DNA of 54,259 nt. It comes from Candidatus Fraserbacteria bacterium (GTDB taxonomy: Bacteria > Bipolaricaulota > Bipolaricaulia > RBG-16-55-9). The DNA lies in NCBI GenBank assembly GCA_037442925.1, contig JBBIPG010000007.1:1-54259 (forward strand), given 5' to 3'. Shown here one piece after another: positions 45,973-54,259 of this stretch (the first letter of the stretch is position 1; each line of letters opens with the position of its first letter). The notes under the pieces are model-generated. The model searched no databases, was not told where the DNA came from, and saw only the letters and a list, made by a program, of their open reading frames with translations. Made by a program: the position numbers and the translations under genes.

Positions 45973-47001
45973 ATGCGTACCGGCGTAAAGATCCTCACGG
46001 TGGTTTCGATTGTGGCGTTGCTCGTGCCTTTGATGACCATCGGGCAAGGGGGCGCCACCCTCGATGTGGTTAAGGCTCGGGGTAAACTGGTCTGCGGAGT
46101 CAACTCCAGTGTCCCCGGCTTCGGCTTGCTCGATGCCCAGACAGGCACGTTCTCTGGGTTCGACATAGACTATTGCAAGGCGCTTGCGGTGGCCATCTTC
46201 AACGACGCGAACGCCGTAGAATTCCGGCCGGTGACGGCACAAACACGCTTCACGGCTCTGGCTGCCGGGGAGATTGACGTGCTCATCCGAAACACGACTT
46301 GGACGTTCACCCGCGACGTGGATCTGACCTTCAACTTCGTTCCGACGACATTTTACGACGGCCAAGGCTTCATGGTGAGAAAAGCCTCGGGGATCACGAG
46401 CGTCAACGATCTAAACGGGGCCACGGTCTGCGTGCTCCAAGGCACCACGACGGAACAGAACTTGGTGGACTGGGCTGCCCAGAACAACTTCAATATCACG
46501 CCGCTGGTCTTCGCTCAAGAGGCGGCGCGCAATCAAGCGTATGATGAAGGCCGCTGCGACGCTCTGACTGCCGACGCCTCCGCGTTGCCCGCTGCCCGAT
46601 CACTGCTATCTAAACCAGACGATCACACAGTTCTCCCTGAGCGCATCTCCAAGGAGCCCTTGGGTCCGGTCGTCCGCGAGGGTGACGACGCATGGTTTGA
46701 TCTCGTCAAGTGGACGGTCTACTGCACCATCGACGCGGAAGAGCTGGGCGTCAATTCCGGCAACGTCGACGCGCAACTCGGTAGCAATGCTGCGGAAGTG
46801 CGGCGCCTCTTGGGTGTAGAGGGTGAGTTCGGTGCCAAACTCGGTGTGGACAACGCTTGGTGCGCCAATGTCATCCGCACCGTCGGTAACTACGGAGAGA
46901 TCTATGCCCGAAACGCGGAGCCTCTCGGCCTAGCACGTGCAGGGAGCCTCAACGACCTACACAGCAAGGGTGGTGCCATCTACTCACCTCCTTTCCGTTA
47001 G
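45973..47001 (+). CDS. aapJ: General L-amino acid ABC substrate-binding protein
   Basis: Motifs ARGKLVCGV, RNTTWT..RD, YDGQGFMV, ISKEPLGP and GNYGEIY. Confidence 0.9.
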   Translation: MRTGVKILTVVSIVALLVPLMTIGQGGATLDVVKARGKLVCGVNSSVPGFGLLDAQTGTFSGFDIDYCKALAVAIFNDANAVEFRPVTAQTRFTALAAGEIDVLIRNTTWTFTRDVDLTFNFVPTTFYDGQGFMVRKASGITSVNDLNGATVCVLQGTTTEQNLVDWAAQNNFNITPLVFAQEAARNQAYDEGRCDALTADASALPAARSLLSKPDDHTVLPERISKEPLGPVVREGDDAWFDLVKWTVYCTIDAEELGVNSGNVDAQLGSNAAEVRRLLGVEGEFGAKLGVDNAWCANVIRTVGNYGEIYARNAEPLGLARAGSLNDLHSKGGAIYSPPFR

Positions 47002-47031
47002 AGTCTGGGTGAGACGTTGGCTTTGAGCCAG

Positions 47032-47066
47032 GGCGCGGCTCTGGGCAAGTGTACGCGAGCCGCGCC
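47032..47066 (+). terminator. Intercistronic stem-loop after aapJ
   Basis: GGCGCGGCTC-15 nt-GAGCCGCGCC followed by TTCCTCTT. Confidence 0.55.
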
Positions 47067-47086
47067 TTCCTCTTAACCTCTTCACG

Positions 47087-48256
47087 ATGAGCAGGTCGTC
47101 GTCTGGTCGCTCTTTGGCCTTCTGGCGCGACGTCCGCGTCGTGCGCATCGCCATGCAGCTCGTATTTCTCGCTGCTCTTGCCCTTTTCGTCTATTGGCTC
47201 TATAGCAACTACGTCGTGAACACCAGGCGATTCAACTTCGGCTTCGACTTCGTGAGCAGCACGGCAGGATTCACGGTCTCCGAGGGACTCGCCCATGAGC
47301 GCACAGACTCCAATGGAAAGCTCTTCCTGGTGGGCCTTCTCAACAGCTTGCGGGTCATCATCATAGGGATTGTACTCGCCTCGCTACTCGGACTGATCGC
47401 AGGTGTCAGCCGGCTTTCGGACAACTGGCTCATCTGCCGTATCGCCACGATCTACATTGAGACGATCCGAAACACGCCGTTGCTTGTGCAACTCTTCTTC
47501 TGGTACACGGCTGTCTTTCTCAAGCTCCCGCTCGTTCACGAAAGCATTGCTCTGCCGGGAGCGATCTACCTCAGCCAGAGGGGGTTGGTCCTTCCCAAGC
47601 CCTATCTGACGGACGGGGTTGAGCTGTGGCGTTGGTTTCTACTGGCGGGCGCGCTGGTGGGCCTTGTTGTGTACATCGCCCGGCGGGTACATCTGGCCCG
47701 TGCGGAACGCCCTGGCTCTCCGTTCCTATGGGGAGTTGGCGTCTTTGCAGGGATTGCGGCACTCGGCTGGTGGATCTCCCCCCAGCGCCCGGTCGCTTGG
47801 GAGGCTGCCGAGCTGGGGAGATTCAATTTCCAAGGAGGGCTGCAGCTCTCGCCGGAGTTCGTGGCCGTGCTCCTGGGACTGGTGATCTATACGGGCGCAT
47901 TCATTGCGGAGATCGTGCGCGCTGGGATTCTAGCCGTCTCCAAGGGTCAGCGAGAGGCGGCGTTGGCGGTGGGTCTCACGCGTATTCAGACCCTGCGGCT
48001 CGTCATTCTGCCTCAAGCGTTGCGGGTGATCGTGCCCCCCGTGACCAGCCAATATTTGAATCTGGCAAAGAACTCCAGCCTAGCGGTGGCTGTGGGGTTC
48101 CCAGATCTCTTCAACGTCGCGGGCACCATCATTAACAAGACGGGCCGTGAGGTCGAGATGATTCTAGCAATCATGGGAAGTTACCTGACCATGAGCCTGC
48201 TGACCTCATTGTTTATGAACTGGTACAATCGCAGAATTCGTTTCGTGGAGCGATGA
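47087..48256 (+). CDS. aapQ: Amino acid ABC permease
   Basis: Motifs RNTPLLVQL, AEIVRAGI..V.KGQ.EAA and KNSSLA. Confidence 0.88.
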   Translation: MSRSSSGRSLAFWRDVRVVRIAMQLVFLAALALFVYWLYSNYVVNTRRFNFGFDFVSSTAGFTVSEGLAHERTDSNGKLFLVGLLNSLRVIIIGIVLASLLGLIAGVSRLSDNWLICRIATIYIETIRNTPLLVQLFFWYTAVFLKLPLVHESIALPGAIYLSQRGLVLPKPYLTDGVELWRWFLLAGALVGLVVYIARRVHLARAERPGSPFLWGVGVFAGIAALGWWISPQRPVAWEAAELGRFNFQGGLQLSPEFVAVLLGLVIYTGAFIAEIVRAGILAVSKGQREAALAVGLTRIQTLRLVILPQALRVIVPPVTSQYLNLAKNSSLAVAVGFPDLFNVAGTIINKTGREVEMILAIMGSYLTMSLLTSLFMNWYNRRIRFVER

Positions 48257-48259
48257 AAG

Positions 48260-49453
48260 ATGCTTCCTCCGCCTACGGTGCGCGTAGGGCCGATTCGCTG
48301 GCTTAAAGAGAACCTGTTCAGCACGTGGTACAATACGCTCCTCACCTTCCTGGCGCTCGCGTTTCTCTACGCCGTACTGAAAGGCGTCCTCACCTGGGCA
48401 CTCACGCAGGCCGACTGGGCGGTCATCCCGCCGAACCTCAAACTGCTTCTTGTTGGCTTCTACCCGCAGGCAGAGTTATGGCGTGTGTGGGTTGTCCTTT
48501 ATCTCATCTTGGGGCTCGTGGGCCTGAGCGCGGGGATCTGGGGCAAGCTCTTGCGCGATGCTGTGGTGCTGATCGGCTCGGCAGTGATTCTGCTTGGGCT
48601 GGTTCTTTGGCTCACGAATTGGGGCGAACTCTTGTGGCTTACGGGACTTGCTGTGACGATGTTTGGAGGCATAGGCTTAGGCTGGCTCGTCCGTTCTAAG
48701 CTGGGATCTCCAAAATCGTGGAAGCGCAGTTTGATGGTGCTCTGGCTCCTTGCGCCCGTGCTCGTGATTCTACTCTTGACAGGGGCACCCGGCATTCTGA
48801 CGGGCGTGCCGACGACTCAATGGGGAGGGCTTCTGCTCACGTACGCTTTGGCCATCGTGAGTATCTTTCTCTCGTTTCCCTTGGGCGTGCTTCTGGCGTT
48901 GGGGCGACGGAGTGCTCTGCCTGTCATTCGCTGGTTCTCTATTGGGTACATTGAGGTCATCCGCGGCGTACCGCTCATCACGGTGCTCTTTATGGCATCG
49001 CTTATGCTCCCGCTCTTTCTGCCGAGCAGCTGGCGTGTGGACCACGTGATCCGGGCGATCACAGCGTTTACTCTCTTTACCGCAGCGTACGTGGCCGAGA
49101 ACGTGCGTGGCGGGCTTCAAGCCGTTCCATATGGACACATCGACGCTGCGCGGGCTCTGGGCCTCAACCCGCTCTTGACGACGGCTCTCATCGTACTCCC
49201 TCAGGCGCTTCGGGCCGTCATCCCGGCCAACGTGGGACAATTCATCAGCCTCTTCAAAGACACGTCGTTGGTGTTCATCGTCCCATTGCTTGACTTCTTG
49301 GGTATCGCCCTGGATGTGATTAAGGACCCCAAGTGGGGCGGTCCGGCCAGTGAGATGCTGCTGTTCGTGGCCCTGATGTACTGGATGTTCACCTACTTCA
49401 TGTCTCATATGAGCCGGAGGCTGGAGAAGGCGCTCGGAGTCGGCGAGCGTTAG
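48260..49453 (+). CDS. aapM: Amino acid ABC permease
   Basis: Motifs [34 protein letters not shown] and FKDTSL. Confidence 0.88.
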   Translation: MLPPPTVRVGPIRWLKENLFSTWYNTLLTFLALAFLYAVLKGVLTWALTQADWAVIPPNLKLLLVGFYPQAELWRVWVVLYLILGLVGLSAGIWGKLLRDAVVLIGSAVILLGLVLWLTNWGELLWLTGLAVTMFGGIGLGWLVRSKLGSPKSWKRSLMVLWLLAPVLVILLLTGAPGILTGVPTTQWGGLLLTYALAIVSIFLSFPLGVLLALGRRSALPVIRWFSIGYIEVIRGVPLITVLFMASLMLPLFLPSSWRVDHVIRAITAFTLFTAAYVAENVRGGLQAVPYGHIDAARALGLNPLLTTALIVLPQALRAVIPANVGQFISLFKDTSLVFIVPLLDFLGIALDVIKDPKWGGPASEMLLFVALMYWMFTYFMSHMSRRLEKALGVGER

Positions 49454-49475
49454 AATCGAGAGTGTCCTGACAACC

Positions 49476-50216
49476 ATGAGTGATCCGATCATCGTAGCCG
49501 AGGACGTGCACAAGTGGTTTGGGCCCTTCCATGCGCTGCGCGGGGTGTCCTTGAGCGTCTCGCGCGGGGAAGTGGTCGTCATCTGTGGCCCGTCGGGATC
49601 GGGCAAATCGACCTTCATTCGCACCATCAATCGCTTGGAGGAACATCAACGCGGGCGTATTCTTGTGGATGGCATAGAACTCACCAACGATCTCAAGAAC
49701 ATCGAGGCCATTCGGCGTGAGATCGGGATGGTCTTTCAGCAATTCAATCTCTTCCCTCATCTGACAGTCTTGCAGAACATCACGCTGGCTCCCATCTGGG
49801 TGCGCAAGATGAGGCGCTCGGAAGCAGAGAAGCTAGCGATGGAACTTCTGGAGCGCGTGGGCATTCCGGAGCAAGCTCACAAATATCCAGGGCAACTGTC
49901 GGGAGGTCAGCAGCAGCGCGTGGCCATAGCGCGAGCCCTGGCCATGCAGCCCAAGATCATGCTCTTCGATGAACCAACTTCGGCCCTCGATCCAGAGATG
50001 ATCAAAGAAGTTCTCGATGTCATGGGAGAGCTGGCAGAGAGTGGCATGACGATGATTGTCATCACGCACGAGATGGGGTTCGCCCGCGAGGTAGCGGATC
50101 GGATTGCCTTCTTTGATGAAGGACGCATTGTGGAATCAGCGGACCCGGTGGAGTTCTTCACGCAGCCCAAGCACGAGCGGACCAAGCTTTTTCTGTCGCA
50201 GATCCTACATCACTGA
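49476..50216 (+). CDS. aapP: Amino acid ABC ATP-binding protein
   Basis: Motifs [29 protein letters not shown] and FLSQIL. Confidence 0.92.
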   Translation: MSDPIIVAEDVHKWFGPFHALRGVSLSVSRGEVVVICGPSGSGKSTFIRTINRLEEHQRGRILVDGIELTNDLKNIEAIRREIGMVFQQFNLFPHLTVLQNITLAPIWVRKMRRSEAEKLAMELLERVGIPEQAHKYPGQLSGGQQQRVAIARALAMQPKIMLFDEPTSALDPEMIKEVLDVMGELAESGMTMIVITHEMGFAREVADRIAFFDEGRIVESADPVEFFTQPKHERTKLFLSQILHH

Positions 50217-50240
50217 TGGAAGAGTCAAGGGTAGGGACAC

Positions 50241-50981
50241 ATGCCCCATCTCTTCTGGACGACATACGACAACCTGAAGCTGAGTTCACTCCCCGCTTGG
50301 CTTTCTCCCACAGAGCGCCTCCAGCTGCAAGCATTTCCTTCAGAGCACCGCAGGCGCAACTGGCTGGCCGGCCGCCTCGCCGCCAAGACTCTTATCTCAC
50401 GTCATTTACAAGAGAGGGAGAACCGTTCACTTCCACTTACCGATATCGAAATCGACTACTCAGCCCAGGGTGAGCCTCAGGCCCGCGTGGAAGGACAGAC
50501 GCTCTCCCATCTCTCACTCTCCATCGCCCACAGCCACGGCCACGGCTTTGCTGGCCTGGCTCTACTGAGCGAAGAGGGCCGGATCGGCGTCGATATTGAG
50601 TTCATACGACCGCTCAACCCCAGACTTTCAAGCCGCATTCTCACCCCTCAAGAACTAAAAGCTCTTCCTAGATCACCCAACGATAAGGAGCACAAACAGT
50701 TGATCCTCTACTGGACGCTCAAGGAAGCGGCACTCAAGGCTCTCAAGCCCGTGCTCGCCGTGTCCATGGCTCAGTTGGAGGTTCAAATGGGGAAGAATCA
50801 GGGGCAAGCTCAAATCCACCTGCCTCTTGGCGATGTATATCTAAAAGCTCACTATCAGCAAGAGCATAGCGTTTTCCGCGCGTATGCCCTTGTGCCCCCG
50901 GCATTGCTTGACCTTATCGCAGAACGGCGATCTTCCTCACTTGGCTACGAACGAGGCTCCCATCCCAAGCACGTGCCGTGA
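50241..50981 (+). CDS. Sfp-type 4'-phosphopantetheinyl transferase
   Basis: Motifs GRLAAK, GEP, LSIAHS, IGVDIE and WTLKEAALKA. Confidence 0.9.
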   Translation: MPHLFWTTYDNLKLSSLPAWLSPTERLQLQAFPSEHRRRNWLAGRLAAKTLISRHLQERENRSLPLTDIEIDYSAQGEPQARVEGQTLSHLSLSIAHSHGHGFAGLALLSEEGRIGVDIEFIRPLNPRLSSRILTPQELKALPRSPNDKEHKQLILYWTLKEAALKALKPVLAVSMAQLEVQMGKNQGQAQIHLPLGDVYLKAHYQQEHSVFRAYALVPPALLDLIAERRSSSLGYERGSHPKHVP

Positions 50982-53697
50982 CCAGATAGAGATAGATGCC
51001 GTTGGCTGCCGGAGCGCCCCGGTTGGTCTGCAGGTTCCATTGCACGGTTGGCCCTCGCGTCGGGCCGCTGTCAAAGATGATAAGGCCGCGAAGATCGTAG
51101 ATCTCGACTCGCAAGCTTTCAATTTCCATCGCGCCCTCGATGCGGAAGGCCAGCGCGTTTCTACTCCTCGTTGGCACAACCTGCAGTTCTGGTCTGGCCC
51201 TGGCAAGTTGAGGCACACTGAATTGAGAAGTGCTAGCGGGCATTGCAAAGGATTCGATAGGCTCGATGGCGAAGAAGACGTCCGGATCAGGACGAGTATA
51301 CCCCAGCCGCTCGCAGTCGAAGACTTCATTGGCTCCGCTGTGGGCCACACGGGAAGAACTGCTCCCTCCGATGGCGTAGATCTGATTCCGTACGGTCACG
51401 GCTGACCCACCGATACGCTCAAACTTGGGAGCAGCCACCTGCTCCCATTTTCCCGTGACCGTGTCGTAGCTCCAAGCATCGCGTCGAAGCGGAGTAAAGA
51501 ATTCACTCACCCCATCGAACACCATGATCTTCTCCTCACAGACGCCCACAGAAGGAGCGAACCGTCTGCTTGGTAGATCCGTGGCCCAGTTCCATTCATC
51601 TAAAGCTGGATTGTAGACAAGAACCGTCCCGAACGTCTCTTGTGTCTGCATATTGAAGCCACCCAGAACATAGATCTTTCCCTCGACAACAGCCATCGCG
51701 AAGGCCGCCCGCGGCTCCGGCAAGGGAGCCGCTCTAGACCAGCGCCCGCTTCTTAAATCATAGACCTCCACAACATCGAGGGTTTCGCCACAAACGAGCG
51801 AGATGCAGTTTTGTCCGCCAATGACATAGATCTTGCCTCCGACGTGTGCTGTGCCCAAAGCCCAACGCGGAGTGGGCAAGGAGGGCAAAGTATCCCAACG
51901 GTTTGTAAGGGGATCATATCGCTCGAAGGCACTGCTTACCCCACCGAACTTGGATGACTGCCCGCCCAGCACGTAGAGCGCAAGACCGACTCCGACCGCC
52001 GCCGCTCCCGATCGCGGCGTGGGCATTGAAGCCAGTCTCATCCACTGTCCAGACTGCGTGTTATATACCTCATTTAGATCCGAGTCCCCGGCTTCTCGGA
52101 AGCCAAGCTTCGTCCCACCAACCACGAAGACAGCACCGCCCACAGCCGCATTGGCTGTGGTTTCTCTGGGTGTGGGCATATCTGCAAGAGTCTTCCAGGT
52201 GAGTCCCTTCTCGCGGTTATCTCCCCAGATCAGATAGAAATTCTCCGAGTCAGCGGTGATGTCATTGTAGTCGGCCATGTAGCATGGGCGGATACGGTCG
52301 AAGTTGGGGCCAAGCGGCGGCACATCGGAAGAGACTATGGTCACGCGCTTATTGGGCAGCCACATTCGACCCCCATCCTGCGAGACAGCCATGAAGACAT
52401 CGAACTTGAGATTATTTGAGTCGAGGCGGCGATCATACCAGATGATGGCCAGCGTCCCGTCGGGAGCCACAGTTATCGCTGGCATCCATTGATCGTTCAG
52501 AGTGCGATCATCGTTGACACGTATGGGATCTGACCAGCTGCGTCCGCCATCGCTGGAACGCGAGAAAAAAATATCTGCCTGATCGGTGCCCGATGGATTG
52601 CTGTTGTAAGTCACATAGACTTCGCCATTGACCGGGTTGACGGCCAGCGCAGGAAACTCAAAGACAGCATCGATGTAGCCATTGAGAATTCCGCGGCCTT
52701 GGCACGTGGCTTCTGGTGAGGGTTGTCCGATGAATTCTAACTTGGCAATCAGTGTGTTCTCGACACCATCTGCTCCGAATGTGCGTCCGCCATCGGTGGA
52801 TTTAGCAATGTGAATCCCCGGCGTGTTGAAATCCTCCCAAGCTACATAGACTTCTCCACTCGGCCCTACACGTGGAATTGCGCCTTGGATGTTTCGCCCG
52901 GGAGGTGAGACCCCAATCGCCGACTGATACGTGCGGCCACCGTCGGTGGAGCGGGCGAACATGATCTGAGATCCTTCTTCCGAGTAGCGCGTCCAACTGA
53001 CGTAGATGTTGCCGTCAAATGGGCTTCCTGTCGTATCCGTCACGATGAATTCTTTGTCTTGAAAGCTGTCGGGGCCACTCACATTGCGGCTGGCGTTCAC
53101 CGGCGGGCTGAACGTGCGTCCTCCATCCGTGGATTTCGCGACGCCGATGAAGGCAATGCCTTGGGCATCTATTGAGATCTGAGAGAAATAGAAGTTTCCC
53201 TCGTTGTCTACAGCAATATCTGGATCACCGGCATTGAAGCCTCCCTTCACCGGTGGGATCACCCCGCCATCGGTGAAGGTCTTCCCCCCATCTGTGGAGT
53301 ATCCGTAGCCAGTCAGGCTCCCTCGGTGAATCTGTCCACTGTCGTTCCAGCCGACGACGACATGAGAGCCATAGACGGCCACGGCGGTCTCGCTCTGAGT
53401 AGTTTGCGAGGGATTTTCGTCTTGAGAGCGATCGTTGACCCTGAGATTAAGTCCCCAGATGTTCTTGACTTTGTTTTCGCTCTCTTCATCAGGGGAGATA
53501 GCACGAGAGCCATACTTGAGAACTAGAAAGTTCTCTGCGGCGCTGGAAAGATAGGGCCGGAAGGGTGAATTCAGCAGCCATTTGTAATGATCTCCGGGTA
53601 TCTGAGAACCCTCTTGAGCGCCTGCCCAACTTGAGAGTCCCAATGTCAAGAGTGCCACACCCAAGACCGCAATGCGTATGGAGTTCAACACTTTCAC
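50914..53697 (-). CDS. Paralog of 35860-38589: BNR propeller + Kelch propeller + C-terminal sorting-type domain
   Basis: RBS GAGGAGG, signal peptide, STDGGxTF boxes, Kelch repeats and the tail IYDLRG...ANGIYLYLV...RKIAVLR. Confidence 0.88.
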   Translation of the reverse strand: MKVLNSIRIAVLGVALLTLGLSSWAGAQEGSQIPGDHYKWLLNSPFRPYLSSAAENFLVLKYGSRAISPDEESENKVKNIWGLNLRVNDRSQDENPSQTTQSETAVAVYGSHVVVGWNDSGQIHRGSLTGYGYSTDGGKTFTDGGVIPPVKGGFNAGDPDIAVDNEGNFYFSQISIDAQGIAFIGVAKSTDGGRTFSPPVNASRNVSGPDSFQDKEFIVTDTTGSPFDGNIYVSWTRYSEEGSQIMFARSTDGGRTYQSAIGVSPPGRNIQGAIPRVGPSGEVYVAWEDFNTPGIHIAKSTDGGRTFGADGVENTLIAKLEFIGQPSPEATCQGRGILNGYIDAVFEFPALAVNPVNGEVYVTYNSNPSGTDQADIFFSRSSDGGRSWSDPIRVNDDRTLNDQWMPAITVAPDGTLAIIWYDRRLDSNNLKFDVFMAVSQDGGRMWLPNKRVTIVSSDVPPLGPNFDRIRPCYMADYNDITADSENFYLIWGDNREKGLTWKTLADMPTPRETTANAAVGGAVFVVGGTKLGFREAGDSDLNEVYNTQSGQWMRLASMPTPRSGAAAVGVGLALYVLGGQSSKFGGVSSAFERYDPLTNRWDTLPSLPTPRWALGTAHVGGKIYVIGGQNCISLVCGETLDVVEVYDLRSGRWSRAAPLPEPRAAFAMAVVEGKIYVLGGFNMQTQETFGTVLVYNPALDEWNWATDLPSRRFAPSVGVCEEKIMVFDGVSEFFTPLRRDAWSYDTVTGKWEQVAAPKFERIGGSAVTVRNQIYAIGGSSSSRVAHSGANEVFDCERLGYTRPDPDVFFAIEPIESFAMPASTSQFSVPQLARARPELQVVPTRSRNALAFRIEGAMEIESLRVEIYDLRGLIIFDSGPTRGPTVQWNLQTNRGAPAANGIYLYLVTARAWDGSLVRSQVRKIAVLR

Positions 53698-53985
53698 TCT
53701 GGATTCTCCTCCTCATACAGGATGTGTAACGGGTGATTCTAGCACATCAAGCAGGGGAACGTGAAGTCAGTTCTGCTAACAGGTTGCCGCGATTTATGGG
53801 ATCTACGCGAGCGTACCCGTGTGCATCTACGGCAAAGGCAAGATCCAAGATACCGAGCCCGCCAAAAGCATGAAAGGCCACACCTACGCCTGCTACTGGT
53901 GCTCGAAACGCAAGGGCAGGATCTAGCGCTACCGCGATTGCCTCTTACCCCACCTTGAATACTATAATTAGTTAGGAGGCAGGCA

Positions 53986-54147
53986 ATGGAGTGGATATTC
54001 GGTCTCGTGTTTCTTGCGATCATAGCGGAGCTATGGTGGAAAGCAGCAAGGTATTTCGCACGTTCCATACAAAAACTTGACGAATACGAAAAAGAGACGA
54101 AACGAATACAATCAGACGACGAAGACGAAGAGGAGAAAGGCGAATAA
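53986..54147 (+). CDS. Small membrane protein (53 aa) with an acidic tail, not in the ORF track
   Basis: TATAAT (53963) and AGGAGG precede MEWIFGLVFLAIIAELWWKAARYFARSIQKLDEYEKETKRIQSDDEDEEEKGE*. Confidence 0.7.
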   Translation: MEWIFGLVFLAIIAELWWKAARYFARSIQKLDEYEKETKRIQSDDEDEEEKGE

Positions 54148-54178
54148 TCTTCTCCTTCCATGAAAATGGTTGTCAAGT

Positions 54179-54197
54179 CCGCTAGGTACTCTAGCGG
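54179..54197. terminator. Hairpin between probably convergent genes
   Basis: CCGCTAG-GTACT-CTAGCGG. Confidence 0.4.
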
Positions 54198-54211
54198 TTA
54201 GAAAACTCAAG

Positions 54212-54259
54212 TCATCCTTCCATCCGTCCCTCAACTACGGACACATCATAGCGTTGGAC
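54212..54259 (-). CDS. Possible 3' end of a gene entering from the right edge
   Basis: Open frame VQRYDVSVVEGRMEG*; too short to identify. Confidence 0.3.
   Translation of the reverse strand, partial: VQRYDVSVVEGRMEG

Noticed and set aside
53761..53958. 65-aa ORF, and an alternative frame containing PVC...CYWC (Zn-ribbon-like)
   Set aside because: No convincing RBS or start for either frame, and the first Cys pair is incomplete. At most a decayed fragment.
1..54259. CRISPR array, transposase, integrase, prophage or rRNA
   Set aside because: None seen. The repeats found are protein-coding (SFE, Asp-box, Kelch) or short hairpins.

Overview
A gene-dense, mostly core bacterial chromosomal segment. 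The secreted proteins with Ig-like 'ANGxYLY' tails, the cohesin/dockerin modules and the archaeal-type RtcB and DRG GTPase suggest a Ca. Bipolaricaulota/Acetothermia-like organism; that assignment is inference only. Housekeeping content: folE, intein-containing rtcB, DRG-type GTPase, gcvT, gpsA, ctpA, ruvA, an HDAC-family deacetylase, hppA, JAMM plus a Ubl-E1-rhodanese fusion, tRNA-Glu(CTC), mrfAB-like helicase/exonuclease, rpsF-ssb-rpsR, asnS, suhB, aapJQMP-type and other ABC/MFS/CDF transporters, and an Sfp-type PPTase. The most notable observations are: (1) a coupled gene pair encoding a secreted lamin-tail/PKD/dockerin protein and a lipoprotein cohesin, a possible non-cellulosomal surface-display system; (2) two paralogous secreted BNR-propeller proteins with a Kelch propeller inserted before the last strand and a T9SS-CTD-like tail; (3) a secreted protein with an unrecognised 'SFExLLxxQAxLLxSFE' repeat; (4) probable CTG start codons for rtcB and rpsF; (5) a ~0.5 kb TA mini-island bounded by the tRNA-Glu 3' end and a duplicate of it; (6) two small ORFs missing from the ORF track, each with its own promoter signals. 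All family assignments come from motif recognition by eye; no database searches were run.
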